Shown piece by piece: positions 39,144 to 51,956 of a DNA stretch of 53,334 nt (positions are counted from its first letter, which is position 1; each line of letters starts with the position of its first letter). A model generated the notes under the pieces. That model made no database searches. It had not been told where the DNA came from and was given only the letters and a program-made list of their open reading frames with translations. The position numbers and the translations under genes were made by a program. Source of the stretch: Pseudothermotoga sp. (GTDB taxonomy: Bacteria; Thermotogota; Thermotogae; Thermotogales; DSM-5069); contig JBEPZZ010000008.1 of the NCBI GenBank assembly GCA_041640575.1, positions 1 to 53,334 on the forward strand. The letters run 5' to 3'.

Positions 39144-40589
39144 GTGCAAGAGAAGCTTCAGAAAGTTTTGAATTATTTATCAAGCCGTGGATGCAGGTAT
39201 GCAGATGCACGATACGAGGAACATGTCGAACAGGAAATTTCGGTTGAAAATGGCATTTTGAAATTGATGACTCATTCGAGTCATTCTGGCGTAGGCGTGA
39301 GAGTGCTTTACGGTAATGGCTGGGGATTTGCTGCAACAGATGAAAAAGGAGAAAGCGGGCTTGAAAAAACGGCACTTAAGGCTTTACAGATTGCTCAAAG
39401 CTCTGAGAAAAGATCAAACAAACCAGTGATTCTTGCTGAAGAACCTGTTCACAAAGCAACGTTTAGATCACCCTCGAAAACAGATCCTTTTCAAATTTGT
39501 GATAAAGAAAAGATTGATTTGCTTAAGCAAGCCTCAATTAAAGCTAAAGAAACAGAAGGTGTCGCAAGATCAATTGCTTCTATGCGTTTTAAAAAAATAA
39601 GAAAGATTTTTGTAACCACTGAGGGCTCGGTCATAGAACAGGAAATAATCATATCTGGTGCAGGTATCACAGTTCAAGCAATTGGCGAGGGAGGATTTCA
39701 GACAAGGTCATATCCGGCGAGCTTTGGTGGTGATCATTCAACGAGAGGATGGGAATTCGTACTAGAAATGGATTTAATTGGTAACGCTGAAAGGATTGCT
39801 CAAGAAGCTGTTCAACTGGTTAAGGCGCCTTCTATCGAACCCGGTGAGTACGACATAATAATAAGCGGTAATCAGCTTGCTCTTCAAATACACGAGTCGT
39901 GTGGTCATCCTTCGGAGCTTGATCGTGTTATGGGGTCAGAGCTGAGTTTTGCTGGCGGAAGCTTTCTAACACCGGACAAATTGAACAACCTAAAGTATGG
40001 AAGTGAACATGTCAATATAACGGCGGATGCAACTATACCGGGAGGATTAGGAAGTTTCGGATTTGATGACGAAGGCGTTGAAGCACAAAAATCCTTCATA
40101 GTTAAAGAGGGAATCTTTGTTGGTTACCTCATGGATAGACAAACGGCAGCTGAGCTTGGTCTGAGGTCCAACGGAGCAGCGCGGGCTGATAGTTGGTCAC
40201 ATATCCCAATTATAAGAATGACAAACATCAATTTGTTGCCAGGAAAGTATACACTCGAAGAACTTATATCAGGCATTGATTATGGCTTTTTGTTAGATAC
40301 AAACAAAAGTTGGTCCATAGATGATTTAAGACTGAACTTTCAATTTGCTACAGAGATAGCTTATGAGATAAAATCAGGTCAGCTCACAGGAAGAATCTTC
40401 AAAAATCCAGTCTATTTTGACATTACACCGAAATTCTGGAATAAGTGTGACGGTGTGGCAAACGAAAAATACTGGAGAGTGTGGGGTGTTCCAAATTGTG
40501 GTAAAGGGCAACCCATGCAAATTATGCACGTAGGTCATGGTGCTTCCTACGCAAGATTCAGAAAAGTAAAGGTAGGTGTAAAAGCATGA
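39144..40589 (+). CDS. tldD: TldD-family metalloprotease
   Basis: GVGVRV, HESCGHPSE zinc motif, FDDEG, IRMTN, CGKGQPMQ; GTG at 39144 after GGAGG. Confidence 0.9.
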   Translation: MQEKLQKVLNYLSSRGCRYADARYEEHVEQEISVENGILKLMTHSSHSGVGVRVLYGNGWGFAATDEKGESGLEKTALKALQIAQSSEKRSNKPVILAEEPVHKATFRSPSKTDPFQICDKEKIDLLKQASIKAKETEGVARSIASMRFKKIRKIFVTTEGSVIEQEIIISGAGITVQAIGEGGFQTRSYPASFGGDHSTRGWEFVLEMDLIGNAERIAQEAVQLVKAPSIEPGEYDIIISGNQLALQIHESCGHPSELDRVMGSELSFAGGSFLTPDKLNNLKYGSEHVNITADATIPGGLGSFGFDDEGVEAQKSFIVKEGIFVGYLMDRQTAAELGLRSNGAARADSWSHIPIIRMTNINLLPGKYTLEELISGIDYGFLLDTNKSWSIDDLRLNFQFATEIAYEIKSGQLTGRIFKNPVYFDITPKFWNKCDGVANEKYWRVWGVPNCGKGQPMQIMHVGHGASYARFRKVKVGVKA

Positions 40590-41917
40590 GGGGAGAAAAC
40601 TATTATCGAAACCTATTTCGAATCTTGTATGAAAATTTCATTGGCATGAATTATCTTGCAGTTATGAATGATACAGAGTCAGCCTTGACAAGGTTTGCGA
40701 ACAGCAGAATTCATCAGAATGTCTCTGAAAAGAGAACTAGTTTGACAATTCTTGCAACCAAAGATAACAAGATTGTTACAACAACAACTAACGATCTAAC
40801 AATCGATGGCTTGAAAAATCTTAAGGCTCGCCTCGAACAAATGCTTGAAAACGCTGTACCACTTGATTATACGTTCAAACTTCCTGAGCTAACCGTTGCT
40901 TATCCAGTTGAAAATGTCGACGAATCCGTAAGAAATGCAAGTCCTGAAACTCGTGCTGCCATTTTTGACGCAATAGTTCAAGCATGTGGCAAAGATGTGC
41001 TAGCCTTTGGATATATTGAGGACAGCATCACAGAGAACTGCGTTGTTTCATCAAACGGTATGTTCCTTTACCAAGCGGGTAGCAAGGTTGGTTTCAATTT
41101 TGTACCTCTAAAGGAGTCCGCTAGCGGCTATACTTCTTCAGTCTCGCGGAGTTACACTCACTTTGAAGTCGAAAAAAAGATACAAAGAGCCGTTGAACTT
41201 GCAAGAATGTCGGTCAATCCTGTTGAGATTGATCCGGGCTCCTACACTGTAATACTAGGTCCTGAAGCTATTGCCGATTTGTTCATGTTTTTCACATACG
41301 TATGCACTAATGGATATATGCACGAACTAAAGATGAGCCCATCTGTAAGATTTTTGGGGCAAAAAGTTGGGCCAAGTGAATTGAATGTTTATGATGATCC
41401 ATCACATCCAGGACAAATTCCTCTTATGTTCGACATGTGTGGAAGGAAAAGGGAAAAGGTGTCGCTAATCGAGAATGGTGTGTTCAAAGCTGTACTGTAT
41501 TCTCACGGTTCAGCTTTAAGATTCGGAAAGCGGCCAACAGGACACACCGTCTCCTTGGAGAATCTGGATTTCGCCATGGCTCCAAATTTGGTGATATCAG
41601 GAGGTACTCAACCGTTTGAAGAAATCATAGCAAACACTGAAAACGGAATTTTTGTCAATACATTTCATTACATGAATGTAGTTGATCCGCATGAAGCTAT
41701 TTTCACTGGGATGACAAGGCATGGAGCATTCTTGATTGAGAAAGGCAAGCTTACAAGACCCATTAAGAACATGAGGTTCAACATTAAATTCTTCGAATTT
41801 ACAAAGAGTATTCTGGCAATATCAAAAGAAACCGAGACGGTCGCAGGGGATTATTTCCCAGTTGTTGCACCTTATGTCAAGGTGGAGAATTTCAATTTCA
41901 CTTCGAAGACCGCTTAA
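40586..41917 (+). CDS. TldE/PmbA-family protein
   Basis: LTRFANSRIHQN, PGSYTVIL, TGMTRHG, IKNMRF; paired with tldD; lacks HExxxH. Confidence 0.85.
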   Translation: MRGENYYRNLFRILYENFIGMNYLAVMNDTESALTRFANSRIHQNVSEKRTSLTILATKDNKIVTTTTNDLTIDGLKNLKARLEQMLENAVPLDYTFKLPELTVAYPVENVDESVRNASPETRAAIFDAIVQACGKDVLAFGYIEDSITENCVVSSNGMFLYQAGSKVGFNFVPLKESASGYTSSVSRSYTHFEVEKKIQRAVELARMSVNPVEIDPGSYTVILGPEAIADLFMFFTYVCTNGYMHELKMSPSVRFLGQKVGPSELNVYDDPSHPGQIPLMFDMCGRKREKVSLIENGVFKAVLYSHGSALRFGKRPTGHTVSLENLDFAMAPNLVISGGTQPFEEIIANTENGIFVNTFHYMNVVDPHEAIFTGMTRHGAFLIEKGKLTRPIKNMRFNIKFFEFTKSILAISKETETVAGDYFPVVAPYVKVENFNFTSKTA

Positions 41918-42001
41918 ATATCTGTTGATACAGTCATAATCTTGCTGTACTTGATTTTTACTGGGTCGGGTTGTATAATAAAAAGTCGTCAGAGACTGTG
42001 A

Positions 42002-42077
42002 GCCAGCGTAGCTCAACCGGCAGAGCGGCGCATTCGTAATGCGTAGGTTGGGGGTTCGAGTCCCTTCGCTGGCTCCA
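42002..42077 (+). tRNA. tRNA-Thr(CGT)
   Basis: GCCAGCG acceptor, GCGCA-TTCGTAA-TGCGT, GGTTCGAGTCC, CCA end. Confidence 0.95.
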
Positions 42078-42110
42078 ATTTTTCTATTAAGCGCTCAAAG
42101 GGTGTGTAAG

Positions 42111-43445
42111 TTGCCGCTTGATGAACTCGAAATCCGCGTCCTCAAGTTTGTTCAAGAAAATCAGCTGATCCCTCATGGCTCCAGAGTCTTGGTAGCGTTG
42201 TCAGGTGGGGTAGATTCCGTTTGTCTGCTTCATATTCTTTTGAATATAAAATCTAAACTGCAAATAAAACTGCTAGCTGCACATTTGAACCACATGATAA
42301 GACCTTCGGCAATTCATGATGAGAAATTCGTAATTCAGCTTTGCAAAAATCTAGGTGTGGAACTTTATATCGAAAGAGCGGACGTTCCTAAATTTTGCAG
42401 AGAAAACAAAATCGGAATCGAAGAAGGTGCAAGAACATTAAGGTATAACTTTTTAGAAAAGGTTCGAAAGGAATCATCTTCGGATTTGATTGCACTGGCT
42501 CATAATTTAAATGATTTAGGTGAAACCATCCTTCATCGTATTGTGAGAGGTACAGGGTTAACAGGTCTTGTATGCATGAAACCAAAAGATGGTGTAAAGG
42601 TTAGACCACTGTTGTACATTAGCAGAAGTGAAATCGAAGATTATGCACGTAGGAAAAAATTGAATTATGTTGAGGATGAGAGCAATTATGATGTTAGATA
42701 CACAAGAAATTTCATCAGGCATCGCGTGTTACCAATATTAAAAGAAATCAATCCTGATTTAGAAAGTAGCCTAAAGCAACTTCATTTTGCTGCTAATTTA
42801 CTCGAAAAGCATTTGTTAAAGCTCATTGAAAAGAGTCGATTGATCCAGTTTCAAGACAGAGTAATTTTTTACATAAACGACCTTGATGAATTTGAAATAG
42901 TTGAGTTACTCAAATATTGTACTGAAAAATTTAACGAACCTCTAAACTACAGGCAAATTGAAAGCATTTCGAGATTGCTTTCTAAAAGTTCTTTCTCAGT
43001 ATGTGTTGCAGACAAACTTTGGATCAAAAAAGGTTTTCAATTTATAAGTATTGAGAGGGAAAGGAATAAGATTTCTTTTGTGAAGTTGGATGATTTTAAA
43101 GAATATAACTTCAATGGTTGGATTTTCAAACTAAGCGACAGGATCGAATCCGAAAATTATATCGCCCTTGATAAAAATAAGAATTTCATTAGAAGTAGGA
43201 GACCAGGAGACAAGATAGGAAAAATCAAAATAAAAGATTTGATGATAAATTCAAGAATTCCAGAATTCCTAAGGGATGAGTATCCGATAATTTGTGATGA
43301 TGATAAAATAGTATGGATACCGTATGTTTACAAATGTCAGGTTCGCGAGGTTTCTGGAATATTTCTCAGTCTAATATTTGACCCATATGGATGTATACTA
43401 AAGATGAGTGGTCTCGAAAGGAGGAAAAGGTTTGAACGGCAGTAA
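42111..43445 (+). CDS. tilS: tRNA(Ile)-lysidine synthetase
   Basis: PP-loop [33 protein letters not shown]. Start moved to TTG 42111 because the ORF-caller start lies inside tRNA-Thr. Confidence 0.93.
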   Translation: MPLDELEIRVLKFVQENQLIPHGSRVLVALSGGVDSVCLLHILLNIKSKLQIKLLAAHLNHMIRPSAIHDEKFVIQLCKNLGVELYIERADVPKFCRENKIGIEEGARTLRYNFLEKVRKESSSDLIALAHNLNDLGETILHRIVRGTGLTGLVCMKPKDGVKVRPLLYISRSEIEDYARRKKLNYVEDESNYDVRYTRNFIRHRVLPILKEINPDLESSLKQLHFAANLLEKHLLKLIEKSRLIQFQDRVIFYINDLDEFEIVELLKYCTEKFNEPLNYRQIESISRLLSKSSFSVCVADKLWIKKGFQFISIERERNKISFVKLDDFKEYNFNGWIFKLSDRIESENYIALDKNKNFIRSRRPGDKIGKIKIKDLMINSRIPEFLRDEYPIICDDDKIVWIPYVYKCQVREVSGIFLSLIFDPYGCILKMSGLERRKRFERQ

Positions 43446-45312
43446 ACCAAATTATATATCTCTTATATTTGCAGTTTTGATGATACTGTCTCTTTTTTGG
43501 CTTGTGAGATCTTTTTATTTTCAAAGTCAACCAAGTTCAAAGATGAGTTTCAGTGATTTTATAACCCTCGCTTATGAAGAACCAACCAAAATAGCCGAGG
43601 TAGTTGTTAGAGATGATGGTATGTTGAAGGTTATGACAAAGAGGGGCGAGTATTATGAAATCTATGCCCCGTGGTTTAGCCAGGATGTTCAAACAATTAA
43701 GGTGCTAAGCGAAAAAGGAGTAAGAGTCATAGGAGAAAAGGGAACAAGCGGTTCTTTTTGGATCAACCTAATAGGAAACGCCATGCTGATAATCTTCCTT
43801 TTATTTATGTTTTTGTTCATGATGAGAACACTTTCTGGAAGAAACAATCAAGCTTTTACATTCACACGGAGCAGGGCTCAAATGACAAAGCCTGGTCAAG
43901 GCCGTGTCACTTTTAAAGATGTAGCGGGTGTGGATGAAGCTATTGAAGAATTGAAAGAAACTGTCTTATTTTTAAAGGATCCGAGTAGATTTGCCAAGAT
44001 TGGTGCAAGAATGCCGAAAGGAATACTTCTTGTTGGACCGCCTGGTACAGGTAAGACTCTACTAGCTAGGGCTGTTGCTGGTGAAGCCAATGTTCCGTTT
44101 TTTCACATAAGTGGTTCTGACTTTGTTGAGTTGTTTGTAGGTGTCGGTGCAGCAAGAGTTAGAGATTTGTTCAACCAAGCCAAAGCAAATTCACCATGTA
44201 TCGTTTTTATCGACGAGATTGACGCCGTTGGAAGGCACAGAGGAGCAGGCTTGGGCGGTGGACATGACGAAAGAGAGCAAACTCTGAACCAACTTTTGGT
44301 AGAAATGGACGGATTCGATGTAAGACAGGGTATAGTCGTAATGGCTGCGACTAACAGGCCAGACATACTTGATCCTGCACTGTTACGTCCGGGTAGATTC
44401 GACAAGAAAGTAGTTCTTGACATGCCAGATGTAAAGGGAAGAGAAGCGATATTGAACATTCACCTTAGGGGTAAACCAGTAACTCCGGATGTGGATGTAA
44501 AGGTACTTGCACAAAGAACAACAGGTTTTGTTGGCGCAGATTTGGAAAATTTGGTGAATGAAGCTGCACTTTTGGCGGCAAGAAATGGTAGAGACAAGAT
44601 AGCAATGGCTGACTTCGAGGAAGCAATAGATAGAGTAATTGCTGGACCAGCCAGAAAATCAAGAGTCATAAGTCCAAAAGAAAAGAGAATTGTTGCGTAC
44701 CATGAAGTTGGGCATGCCATTGTTTCAAGTTTGTTGCCGAATGCTGACCCTGTGCATAGAATATCAATAATTCCGAGAGGTTATAGGGCTTTGGGGTATA
44801 CTCTGCAACTTCCCGCTGAGGATCGTTACCTCGTAACAAAGCAGGAATTGTTGGATCAGATCACAAGCTTACTTGGTGGTAGGGCCGCCGAAGAGCTTGT
44901 TTTTCAAGAGGTTACAACAGGTGCGGCTTCCGACATCGAAAGAGCTACTGAGCTTGCTCGCAGAATGGTTTGCCAGTTTGGAATGAGCGAAAAACTTGGC
45001 CCATTGTCGTGGGGTAAAGTTGAACAAGAAGTTTTTCTTGGCAAAGAACTTACAAGGATGAGAAATTACAGTGAGGAAGTTGCAAGTGAAATAGATGAAG
45101 AAGTGAGAAAACTGGTTTCACAGTGTTACGAGAAAGCAAAAACCATACTGATAGATCACAGAGCTCAAATGGACAAGTTGGTAGAATTGCTACTCGAAAG
45201 AGAAGTTTTGGAAGGCGATGAGCTTAGAAAGATTCTAAAAAGTGAATTGGGGGAGGAAATGATCAACCATGACCAGCTTGGGGCAGTTAGTAGGAAAGAG
45301 TCAAACGGTTGA
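43432..45312 (+). CDS. ftsH: ATP-dependent zinc metalloprotease FtsH
   Basis: Two TM segments, [35 protein letters not shown]. Confidence 0.97.
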   Translation: MNGSKPNYISLIFAVLMILSLFWLVRSFYFQSQPSSKMSFSDFITLAYEEPTKIAEVVVRDDGMLKVMTKRGEYYEIYAPWFSQDVQTIKVLSEKGVRVIGEKGTSGSFWINLIGNAMLIIFLLFMFLFMMRTLSGRNNQAFTFTRSRAQMTKPGQGRVTFKDVAGVDEAIEELKETVLFLKDPSRFAKIGARMPKGILLVGPPGTGKTLLARAVAGEANVPFFHISGSDFVELFVGVGAARVRDLFNQAKANSPCIVFIDEIDAVGRHRGAGLGGGHDEREQTLNQLLVEMDGFDVRQGIVVMAATNRPDILDPALLRPGRFDKKVVLDMPDVKGREAILNIHLRGKPVTPDVDVKVLAQRTTGFVGADLENLVNEAALLAARNGRDKIAMADFEEAIDRVIAGPARKSRVISPKEKRIVAYHEVGHAIVSSLLPNADPVHRISIIPRGYRALGYTLQLPAEDRYLVTKQELLDQITSLLGGRAAEELVFQEVTTGAASDIERATELARRMVCQFGMSEKLGPLSWGKVEQEVFLGKELTRMRNYSEEVASEIDEEVRKLVSQCYEKAKTILIDHRAQMDKLVELLLEREVLEGDELRKILKSELGEEMINHDQLGAVSRKESNG

Positions 45313-45670
45313 AATTAAAATAGACGAAAGTTGCCTTTGGAATGAAGATCCCGAGATGTCATTACTGTCTTTTGCAAGTACAAGTGGATTGTCTGCTCTT
45401 CTCTTTCATATGGCTTATAATTTTGTTCAACCATTCTTGGATGAGAACACTTTGAGTGTTGTGATTGAGGCTAATGTTCGGCATGTGACACCTGCTCATG
45501 TGGGAGATGTTGTAGCTGCGGGAATAAGAGTAGTAGATGTTTCTGAAAACAAAATAAAGTTTAGAGGAATCATAATGAAGGGTGAAACCAAAATACTCGA
45601 AGCTGAGTTTGTTCGCTGTGTAGTTTCGAGAAATTATCTCAGGAGGTCGAGTGTTGAGAAGGCCACGTGA
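45269..45670 (+). CDS. Hotdog-fold thioesterase-like protein (FlK-like)
   Basis: AST..., SV...[12 protein letters not shown] pattern of the FlK family. Confidence 0.7.
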   Translation: MTSLGQLVGKSQTVEIKIDESCLWNEDPEMSLLSFASTSGLSALLFHMAYNFVQPFLDENTLSVVIEANVRHVTPAHVGDVVAAGIRVVDVSENKIKFRGIIMKGETKILEAEFVRCVVSRNYLRRSSVEKAT

Positions 45671-47129
45671 CAAAAGAGATTATGCCGAGCTTCAAATAGT
45701 GAGGAATTTCAAAACAAGAGAGAAACTGTTAGAGAATGTTTTGAACGAAAAGGGCGACCTACGGGTAGCCCTTATTTTTCCAAACCAATACGAAATTGCC
45801 GCTTCAAACCTAGGTTTCCAGATCGTATGGAAGCTGTTTAACAGTATAGACAGAGTTGTATGCGAGAGATTCTTTTATGATGAGAACTTTGAAAAATTTT
45901 ACTCTTTGGAGTCTCAAACTCCGCTGGATGAATTCTCTGTTTGGGCATTTTGTGTTCATTTTGAGAATGATTTACTCAACATTTTGAAGATCTTGGAATC
46001 CAAGGCTATACCTCTAACAAGCAAAGACAGGCGAAGTTTTGACCCACTCATAGTTTTTGGTGGTGCTTTAACTTATGTAAATTTGGGTTTTCTACAGGTA
46101 ATACCTGACGTTGTTCTTCATGGTGATTTTGAACCGATGGTGGAGAAGTTGTCTGAGGTTTTGACTACAAGAAATAGATATGAGCTTCTGGAAAGGTTTA
46201 CATCACTTGAATTTGCAACTGTGAACCCTTTGTCAAAAAAAGCAAACAATGTGGCAAGGGCTCCAGATTTAAGTAAGCATTTACCAATCAGTCCTGTGAT
46301 AGCATCTGTAGGGGAATTTGCAGGTCGTATTTTGGTCGAAGTAGAACGAGGCTGCATTTGGAACTGCAAATTTTGCATGATGAGTAGCTGCAAAAAGCCC
46401 ACGAGATTTTTGAATAAGCAAGTTCTCTTCGATCTGATCGACAAAGGTTTTAACCTTGGCTTAGTAGCTTCAAATGTCACAGATTATCCTTGGCTTGAGG
46501 AAATCATTCAGTGGTCGAACGAAAAGAATGTCTGGGTATCTGTTTCTTCCCTTCGTTTGGACAAGCTCGATGAAGAACTTCTTTCTTATCTGAGACGGCA
46601 TCAACGGTCTTTCACAATAGCTCCTGAGGCTGCTACTTTCAAGATCAGGCAAATTATCGGTAAATCATTTACAGATTCTCAAATTGAACAAGCGTTAGTA
46701 TCTGGTAGAAAAGCAGGTTTTTCGGAAGTAAAGCTGTATTTCATGTATGGCTTTGATGAGGAAGACGAAGCTGACCTTTCAAGCATAGGCAAACTCACGT
46801 CAGAAATTTATAGAATGGGATACACAAACGTGAGGCTGAGTCTTAATGCGTTTGTTCCAAAGATAGGAACCGAGCTTGGAAATAGGAAAATGCAGGATCT
46901 AAAAACCTTGAAGAGAAAGATTAGAATCGTCAAGAGTAGCTTACCATCTCAATGCCAAGCAACTGTTGAAAGTATAAAACAGTTGCAGATCCAGTATGTT
47001 ATAAACCAAGCCCCTGAGTGGGCTTGGGAAAGATTCTTTGCCGAAGTCGGAAAACTTGATGAGAATTACCGTAAGGAAGTTTTTGAGGAAATGTTGTTTA
47101 CCTTTCTCCTTGATCCAGCAGCGAAATGA
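45651..47129 (+). CDS. Radical SAM protein
   Basis: [14 protein letters not shown] (CxxxCxxC), SSLR, TIAPEA, KLYFMYG. Confidence 0.85.
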   Translation: MLRRPRDKRDYAELQIVRNFKTREKLLENVLNEKGDLRVALIFPNQYEIAASNLGFQIVWKLFNSIDRVVCERFFYDENFEKFYSLESQTPLDEFSVWAFCVHFENDLLNILKILESKAIPLTSKDRRSFDPLIVFGGALTYVNLGFLQVIPDVVLHGDFEPMVEKLSEVLTTRNRYELLERFTSLEFATVNPLSKKANNVARAPDLSKHLPISPVIASVGEFAGRILVEVERGCIWNCKFCMMSSCKKPTRFLNKQVLFDLIDKGFNLGLVASNVTDYPWLEEIIQWSNEKNVWVSVSSLRLDKLDEELLSYLRRHQRSFTIAPEAATFKIRQIIGKSFTDSQIEQALVSGRKAGFSEVKLYFMYGFDEEDEADLSSIGKLTSEIYRMGYTNVRLSLNAFVPKIGTELGNRKMQDLKTLKRKIRIVKSSLPSQCQATVESIKQLQIQYVINQAPEWAWERFFAEVGKLDENYRKEVFEEMLFTFLLDPAAK

Positions 47130-48285
47130 TGGATTTGAGATATTTGCTTCTGGACGGATGGCGCAATTTTCTTAGCGCTTTAACTTCGATTTGTCTAATT
47201 CTTTCGCGTGTTACGTTGAAGTATTGGCCGACTTCCTCCAGTGTCTTTGCTTTTCCGTCAAGTAGCCCATATCTCATTTTTAGTACCATCGCTTCCCTTG
47301 GATTAAGGGTTTTGAGAACTTTTTCCAGCTCTTCTCTCATAAGCATTCGCATTGCTTCCTTCTTTGGAGATGGAATTGATTCGTCAGCTATAAAATCTCC
47401 AACGGTTGAATCTTCATCCTCACCTACGGGAGACTCCAGAGACACAATTTCCTTCGCCGCTTGCATTATTTCTTCTATTTTTTCTGTGGGTTTTTCCATG
47501 ACTTTGGCAAGTTCTTCAATGCTTGGCTGCTCTCCGTGTGCTTGATGATATTCTCTAACAATTCTGTTCAATTTGTTGATTGTTTCAACCATATGAACGG
47601 GTATTCTTATTGTTCTAGCTTGGTCAGCGATTGCTCTCGTTATCGCCTGTCTTATCCACCATGTCGCATATGTACTAAATTTGTAACCTTTGCGCCAATC
47701 AAATTTCTCCACAGCTTTCAAAAGCCCTATATTTCCTTCCTGGATTAGATCGAGAAACGGCAGACCACGCCCCATATACCTTTTCGCGATGCTCACAACT
47801 AATCTGAGATTTGACTGTATGAGCTTTCTCTTTGCTTTTTCATCACCAATTTGTGCACGCCTTGCAAGTTCTCTCTCCTGTGAAGGTGTCAACAAAGGTA
47901 TCTTTCCTATTTCGCGTAAATACATTTTTATTGGATCTTTCAAGGATAGATTGTCGAAAACTTCTGGGTTATCCTCCAGCGCTTGCAGTTCTTCATCGGA
48001 TAGTTCAGCAGTTTCGTCGAGAGATTCAGGTTCAGCATCCTGAATGTTGATTTTGTTTTTCTCAAGTTCTTCATAGATTTTCTCGATTAAAGTCGTGTCA
48101 AAGCCATCATAATCTGGAGGAAAAGCTTTATCTATATCATCATAAGTGATGAATCCCTTTTTCTTTCCAAGTTTTATGAGGTTTTTGATTCTCTTATCAA
48201 TGTCTGCTTGATTCATAATCTTCTTCGTTTCTTTCTCTTCTTTCATTTCTGTTTCTTCATTTTCAAATTCCTCCACTTTATCCAC
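47098..48285 (-). CDS. rpoD: RNA polymerase primary sigma factor
   Basis: Region 1.1, [47 protein letters not shown]. Confidence 0.97.
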   Translation of the reverse strand: MDKVEEFENEETEMKEEKETKKIMNQADIDKRIKNLIKLGKKKGFITYDDIDKAFPPDYDGFDTTLIEKIYEELEKNKINIQDAEPESLDETAELSDEELQALEDNPEVFDNLSLKDPIKMYLREIGKIPLLTPSQERELARRAQIGDEKAKRKLIQSNLRLVVSIAKRYMGRGLPFLDLIQEGNIGLLKAVEKFDWRKGYKFSTYATWWIRQAITRAIADQARTIRIPVHMVETINKLNRIVREYHQAHGEQPSIEELAKVMEKPTEKIEEIMQAAKEIVSLESPVGEDEDSTVGDFIADESIPSPKKEAMRMLMREELEKVLKTLNPREAMVLKMRYGLLDGKAKTLEEVGQYFNVTRERIRQIEVKALRKLRHPSRSKYLKSIISLLDQGER

Positions 48286-49945
48286 CTCCCAATCTGTTTA
48301 GGGATTTAACAAGATCAACTCGCTGCCTGAGCAGCATCGCACGTTCAACCTTGTCTTCGCAATTGGCAAGTTTAGCGTCTATTTGTGACAATAACTTTTC
48401 AACGAGTTTTCTCGCAAAATGTTTCTTGATATCTTCAAAAATCTTAACTGGGTTCGATGGTGGTGGTATTCGAGACAGCAGCTCAAACAGATACTGCCTA
48501 ATTGCCTGGTCTGATTGAGTGATGTCATTGTTTTGTTGAAGTTCAGTAAGTATCTTTATTGTTTTTTCACTTAAGACAGTTTGGTCGATTTTGAGGATCT
48601 CTTTTCTCAGCTCTTCGTTGGTAAGATAAAGGTAGATTAGATAGTCTTCGTCAGTTGGTAAAGCTGTTTTTCTTGTGTTTTGATCTGTTTTTGCTTTAGG
48701 TGAATTTAACGCTTCGCTTATTCTGTGTGTCGGAAGACCTGTTTTCTCTGAAACAGCTCTAAGAAGTCCATCTACTTTTTCAAGCCTCTTATTTTTCTCT
48801 AGAAATTGTTTCCAGGTTTTAATTCTCTGCAGATATTTCTCCAAACCGGAGCTCGTAGAAATGTCGAAATCTTTTAAATAAAAGTTCGCTATGTATTCCT
48901 CAAAAGGTATGGAATCTTTGAGCATTTTATGTAAAGCTTCTGGGCCAAATGATCTCAAAAGCTCGTCTGGATCTTTTTCACCAGAAACCGCTATGGTAAC
49001 ATCAAATCCCGTTTCGACAAGCAACCAAAGTGAGTTCAAAGTCGCTTTTTGGCCAGCTTCGTCGTTGTCAAAGCAGAGTATGACGTTTTTTGTGAGCGGC
49101 GATATTTTTAGCACATGATCTTTTGAAAGACTTGTTCCAAGAACTGCTACAGCATTTTTTATACCCGCTCGATGCATTGCAATTGCATCAAAGTACCCTT
49201 CAGTTATTACCACGAAATCAACTGATTTAATAGTTTTCTGAGCTTTGTCGAGTAGAAATAGCGTTCTTCGCTTTGAAAAGTATGGAGTATCGCGAAGATT
49301 AAGATACTTAGGTTGACCAAAAAGTGCCCTACCGCCGAATGCTATTGTTCTACCACTTGTATCCTTTATCGGAATAATTATTCTGTTTTCAAAGATGTCT
49401 ATGTAATCCGATGAAACCTGTTTTATAAAACCAAATTGCAAAAGCCTTGAAACTGTCAATCTAAGTTTCATGCCTATTTGAGTTGCTGCTTTAGAACCGA
49501 CTGGACAATAGCCAAGTTCGTATTCTTCTATTTCTCGTTGAGTTACACCTCTCATTGAGAGATACGCCTGAGCTTCTTTAGATTTGTAAAGTTCCGCCTT
49601 GTATGCATCATGCAATCTCTGACAGTACTCTAAGTAGATTTGTTTATCTTTATCCTCTCTAGTATCAGGCAGTTCAACGTTAACTGTTGCTGCTAATCTT
49701 TTCAGAGCATCCATGAAAGAAAGATGTTCTATTTCTTGAAGAAACTTTATTGCATCACCTGAAGCTCCACAACCAAAACAATGGTATAGTTTTAGGTTTG
49801 GGTTTACGAAAAATGATGGTGTTTTCTCACTATGGAATGGACAAAGGCCGCGATAGTTACTCCCCACCCGTTGAAGAGAGACGTATTGGGAGATTAACTG
49901 AACAATATCAATTTTTTCCTTGATTTTATTGATAACTTCTCGCAT
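48278..49945 (-). CDS. dnaG: DNA primase
   Basis: [15 protein letters not shown] zinc domain, [25 protein letters not shown]. Confidence 0.96.
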   Translation of the reverse strand: MREVINKIKEKIDIVQLISQYVSLQRVGSNYRGLCPFHSEKTPSFFVNPNLKLYHCFGCGASGDAIKFLQEIEHLSFMDALKRLAATVNVELPDTREDKDKQIYLEYCQRLHDAYKAELYKSKEAQAYLSMRGVTQREIEEYELGYCPVGSKAATQIGMKLRLTVSRLLQFGFIKQVSSDYIDIFENRIIIPIKDTSGRTIAFGGRALFGQPKYLNLRDTPYFSKRRTLFLLDKAQKTIKSVDFVVITEGYFDAIAMHRAGIKNAVAVLGTSLSKDHVLKISPLTKNVILCFDNDEAGQKATLNSLWLLVETGFDVTIAVSGEKDPDELLRSFGPEALHKMLKDSIPFEEYIANFYLKDFDISTSSGLEKYLQRIKTWKQFLEKNKRLEKVDGLLRAVSEKTGLPTHRISEALNSPKAKTDQNTRKTALPTDEDYLIYLYLTNEELRKEILKIDQTVLSEKTIKILTELQQNNDITQSDQAIRQYLFELLSRIPPPSNPVKIFEDIKKHFARKLVEKLLSQIDAKLANCEDKVERAMLLRQRVDLVKSLNRLGGG

Positions 49946-50075
49946 TCGATAGTTCACCTTAAAGGGTTTGGGGAATCTTTAAAAGAAAGTGTTCTGGATG
50001 CCTGAGCGTTTGTGTTCGAAAACGTCTTAGCGATTAAAACCAAACATTTTAGACTTTGAGTGAAGATAAAAAGTT

Positions 50076-50102
50076 CAAACAAAGGGCGCCAAGAGCGCCC
50101 AA
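50076..50102 (-). terminator. Terminator after rpsI
   Basis: Minus strand GGGCGC-TCTTG-GCGCCC-TTTGTTT. Confidence 0.7.
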
Positions 50103-50105
50103 ATA

Positions 50106-50507
50106 TTATCGTTTGGAATACTGTGGAGCCCTTCTTGCTTTTTTCAAACCGTACTTCTTTCTCTCAACCATTCTGGGATCTCTTGTCAGCATGTCTCGAG
50201 CCTTCAGAACTGGCCTCAATTCTGCGTTGAACTCTACTAACGCTCTTGCAAGGCCAAGCCTTACAGCTCCAGCTTGACCAGATAATCCTCCTCCTTCGAC
50301 TCTAATCCATACGTCGACTTTCCCGACCATATTTGTAACAACAAGTGGTTCAAGAGCATGTCTTGCACGTACAGTGCTTTTGAAATATTCTTCCAGTGAA
50401 GTGTATTGCTTGTCATTTATAAATATCTGACCATTTCCAGGCTGAAGGAAAACACGCGCAACAGCAGTTTTTCTTCTACCAGTACCGGTTAGAATTGTTT
50501 TTTCCAT
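50106..50507 (-). CDS. rpsI: 30S ribosomal protein S9
   Basis: [41 protein letters not shown]. Confidence 0.97.
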   Translation of the reverse strand: MEKTILTGTGRRKTAVARVFLQPGNGQIFINDKQYTSLEEYFKSTVRARHALEPLVVTNMVGKVDVWIRVEGGGLSGQAGAVRLGLARALVEFNAELRPVLKARDMLTRDPRMVERKKYGLKKARRAPQYSKR

Positions 50508-50521
50508 GTCATACCCTCCCG

Positions 50522-50965
50522 TTAGATTTCCAGTAATTCGGGTTTCTGAGCCTCGTGTGGATGTTTGTCTGAAGCGTAAACTTTTAATCTTTTAAGGTAC
50601 TTATCTCCTAAGGCTCTTTTAGGTAACATTCTTTTGACGGCGAGCCAAACAAGTTTTTCCGGATGTTTCTCCAATAACTGTCTAGCCGTATCTACTTTCA
50701 AACCTCCAGGATAACCAGAATGCCTATAATAAAGTTTCTTATCCAGCTTATCGCCGGTCAAAACAATTTTTTCAGCGTTGATTACAATCACGTAATTACC
50801 TGTATCAACGCCAGGGAAAAATGTGGGTTGATTCTTCCCGATTAAATACTTTGCTATTTGCGAAGCCAATCTTCCAAGAACTTTCCCTGAAGCATCCACG
50901 AGGTACCACTTTCTCTCGGTTTTCCTGACTATTGTGGTTTTTTGTATTGGAAAAGGCTTTGCCAT
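50522..50965 (-). CDS. rplM: 50S ribosomal protein L13
   Basis: [30 protein letters not shown]. Confidence 0.97.
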   Translation of the reverse strand: MAKPFPIQKTTIVRKTERKWYLVDASGKVLGRLASQIAKYLIGKNQPTFFPGVDTGNYVIVINAEKIVLTGDKLDKKLYYRHSGYPGGLKVDTARQLLEKHPEKLVWLAVKRMLPKRALGDKYLKRLKVYASDKHPHEAQKPELLEI

Positions 50966-50968
50966 TTT

Positions 50969-51244
50969 TCATTCCTCCTTGATAGGTATAACACGCACAA
51001 ATTTTCTATTCCTTTTCACGTGAAATTTCACTATACCATCTTTCAAGGCAAAAAGGGTAAAATCTTTTCCACAACCAACATTTTCACCAGGATGAATTTT
51101 GGTTCCTCGCTGTCTAACAATAATATTTCCGACCCTGACCGTTTGACCATCTCCAACTTTTACACCAAGGTACTTTGGATTGCTATCTCTGTTACCTATT
51201 GAACCGCTTTTTCTATGACCGAACAACTGTATTTCGATTCTCAT
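50969..51244 (-). CDS. rpmA: 50S ribosomal protein L27 with N-terminal Prp-cleaved extension
   Basis: MRIEIQLF extension, [24 protein letters not shown]. Confidence 0.96.
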   Translation of the reverse strand: MRIEIQLFGHRKSGSIGNRDSNPKYLGVKVGDGQTVRVGNIIVRQRGTKIHPGENVGCGKDFTLFALKDGIVKFHVKRNRKFVRVIPIKEE

Positions 51245-51548
51245 TGGTTTTCACCTCCAACGAAAGATTGCTTGGAAACTGAGATTGCAGATCTAACAAG
51301 CTCTCATGTAACTCTCTGAAAAAAACTTCGGAAATCTTATTTGGCTGTGATATTCTAACGTCAATGAATCCGTCTTTTCTTGTTACCACAGCTTTCGAAT
51401 GCTTCATTAAAGCTCTTGCTGTGTGCTGCAATAATGTACTTACAGCGGCGCAAACTATATCTTTTCCTTTGATAGAGTAACCAGTATGTCCTTGAGCTGA
51501 AAAACCCAAATAGTGGTTTTGCTCAACAAAGAATGTAATCTTGGTCAT
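51213..51548 (-). CDS. prp: Ribosomal-processing cysteine protease Prp (YsxB/DUF464)
   Basis: GH...[10 protein letters not shown] catalytic His/Cys; located between rplU and rpmA. Confidence 0.88.
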   Translation of the reverse strand: MTKITFFVEQNHYLGFSAQGHTGYSIKGKDIVCAAVSTLLQHTARALMKHSKAVVTRKDGFIDVRISQPNKISEVFFRELHESLLDLQSQFPSNLSLEVKTNENRNTVVRS

Positions 51549-51550
51549 AA

Positions 51551-51868
51551 TTATTCGCCAACTTGGATTTTATCAATTCTTACGAGCGTATACCACTGCT
51601 TATGACCATATTTTCGACGATAGTTCACTTTACGTTTGAATTTCATTACGACAATTTTCTTGGCTCTGGCATGTTGAACAATGGTCCCCGTTACGGTGCA
51701 GTTCGGTAAATAAGGTTTTCCAACCAAAAATTCTTTGTCGGTTGATAGGTGAAGGACCCGGTTGAATACAACTTGCTGTCCTTCTTGCTGTGGCAACTTT
51801 TCGACTGCGATGGTGTCACCCTCGGCAACTTTGTACTGCTTTCCGCCGCTTTCGATAATGGCGTACAC
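51551..51868 (-). CDS. rplU: 50S ribosomal protein L21
   Basis: MYAIIESGGKQYKV, GKPY, YRRKYGHKQ. Confidence 0.96.
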   Translation of the reverse strand: MYAIIESGGKQYKVAEGDTIAVEKLPQQEGQQVVFNRVLHLSTDKEFLVGKPYLPNCTVTGTIVQHARAKKIVVMKFKRKVNYRRKYGHKQWYTLVRIDKIQVGE

Positions 51869-51887
51869 AACTTCACCTCCTTAGGTA

Positions 51888-51956
51888 TACAGGCACTGAA
51901 AAACGTAGCTCCTTGTATTTTTCGGAGCATTTAGAACGTTTCCCAAGTGCCATGTG
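51888..51956 (-). promoter_or_regulatory. Structured leader of rplU operon (L21-leader position)
   Basis: Nested stems GGCACT..GAAACGT / GCTCC..GGAGC / ACGTTTTTCAGTGCC just upstream of the SD. Confidence 0.5.

Noticed and set aside
42039..42110. N-terminal extension of TilS from the ORF track
   Set aside because: Overlaps tRNA-Thr; ORF-caller artefact.
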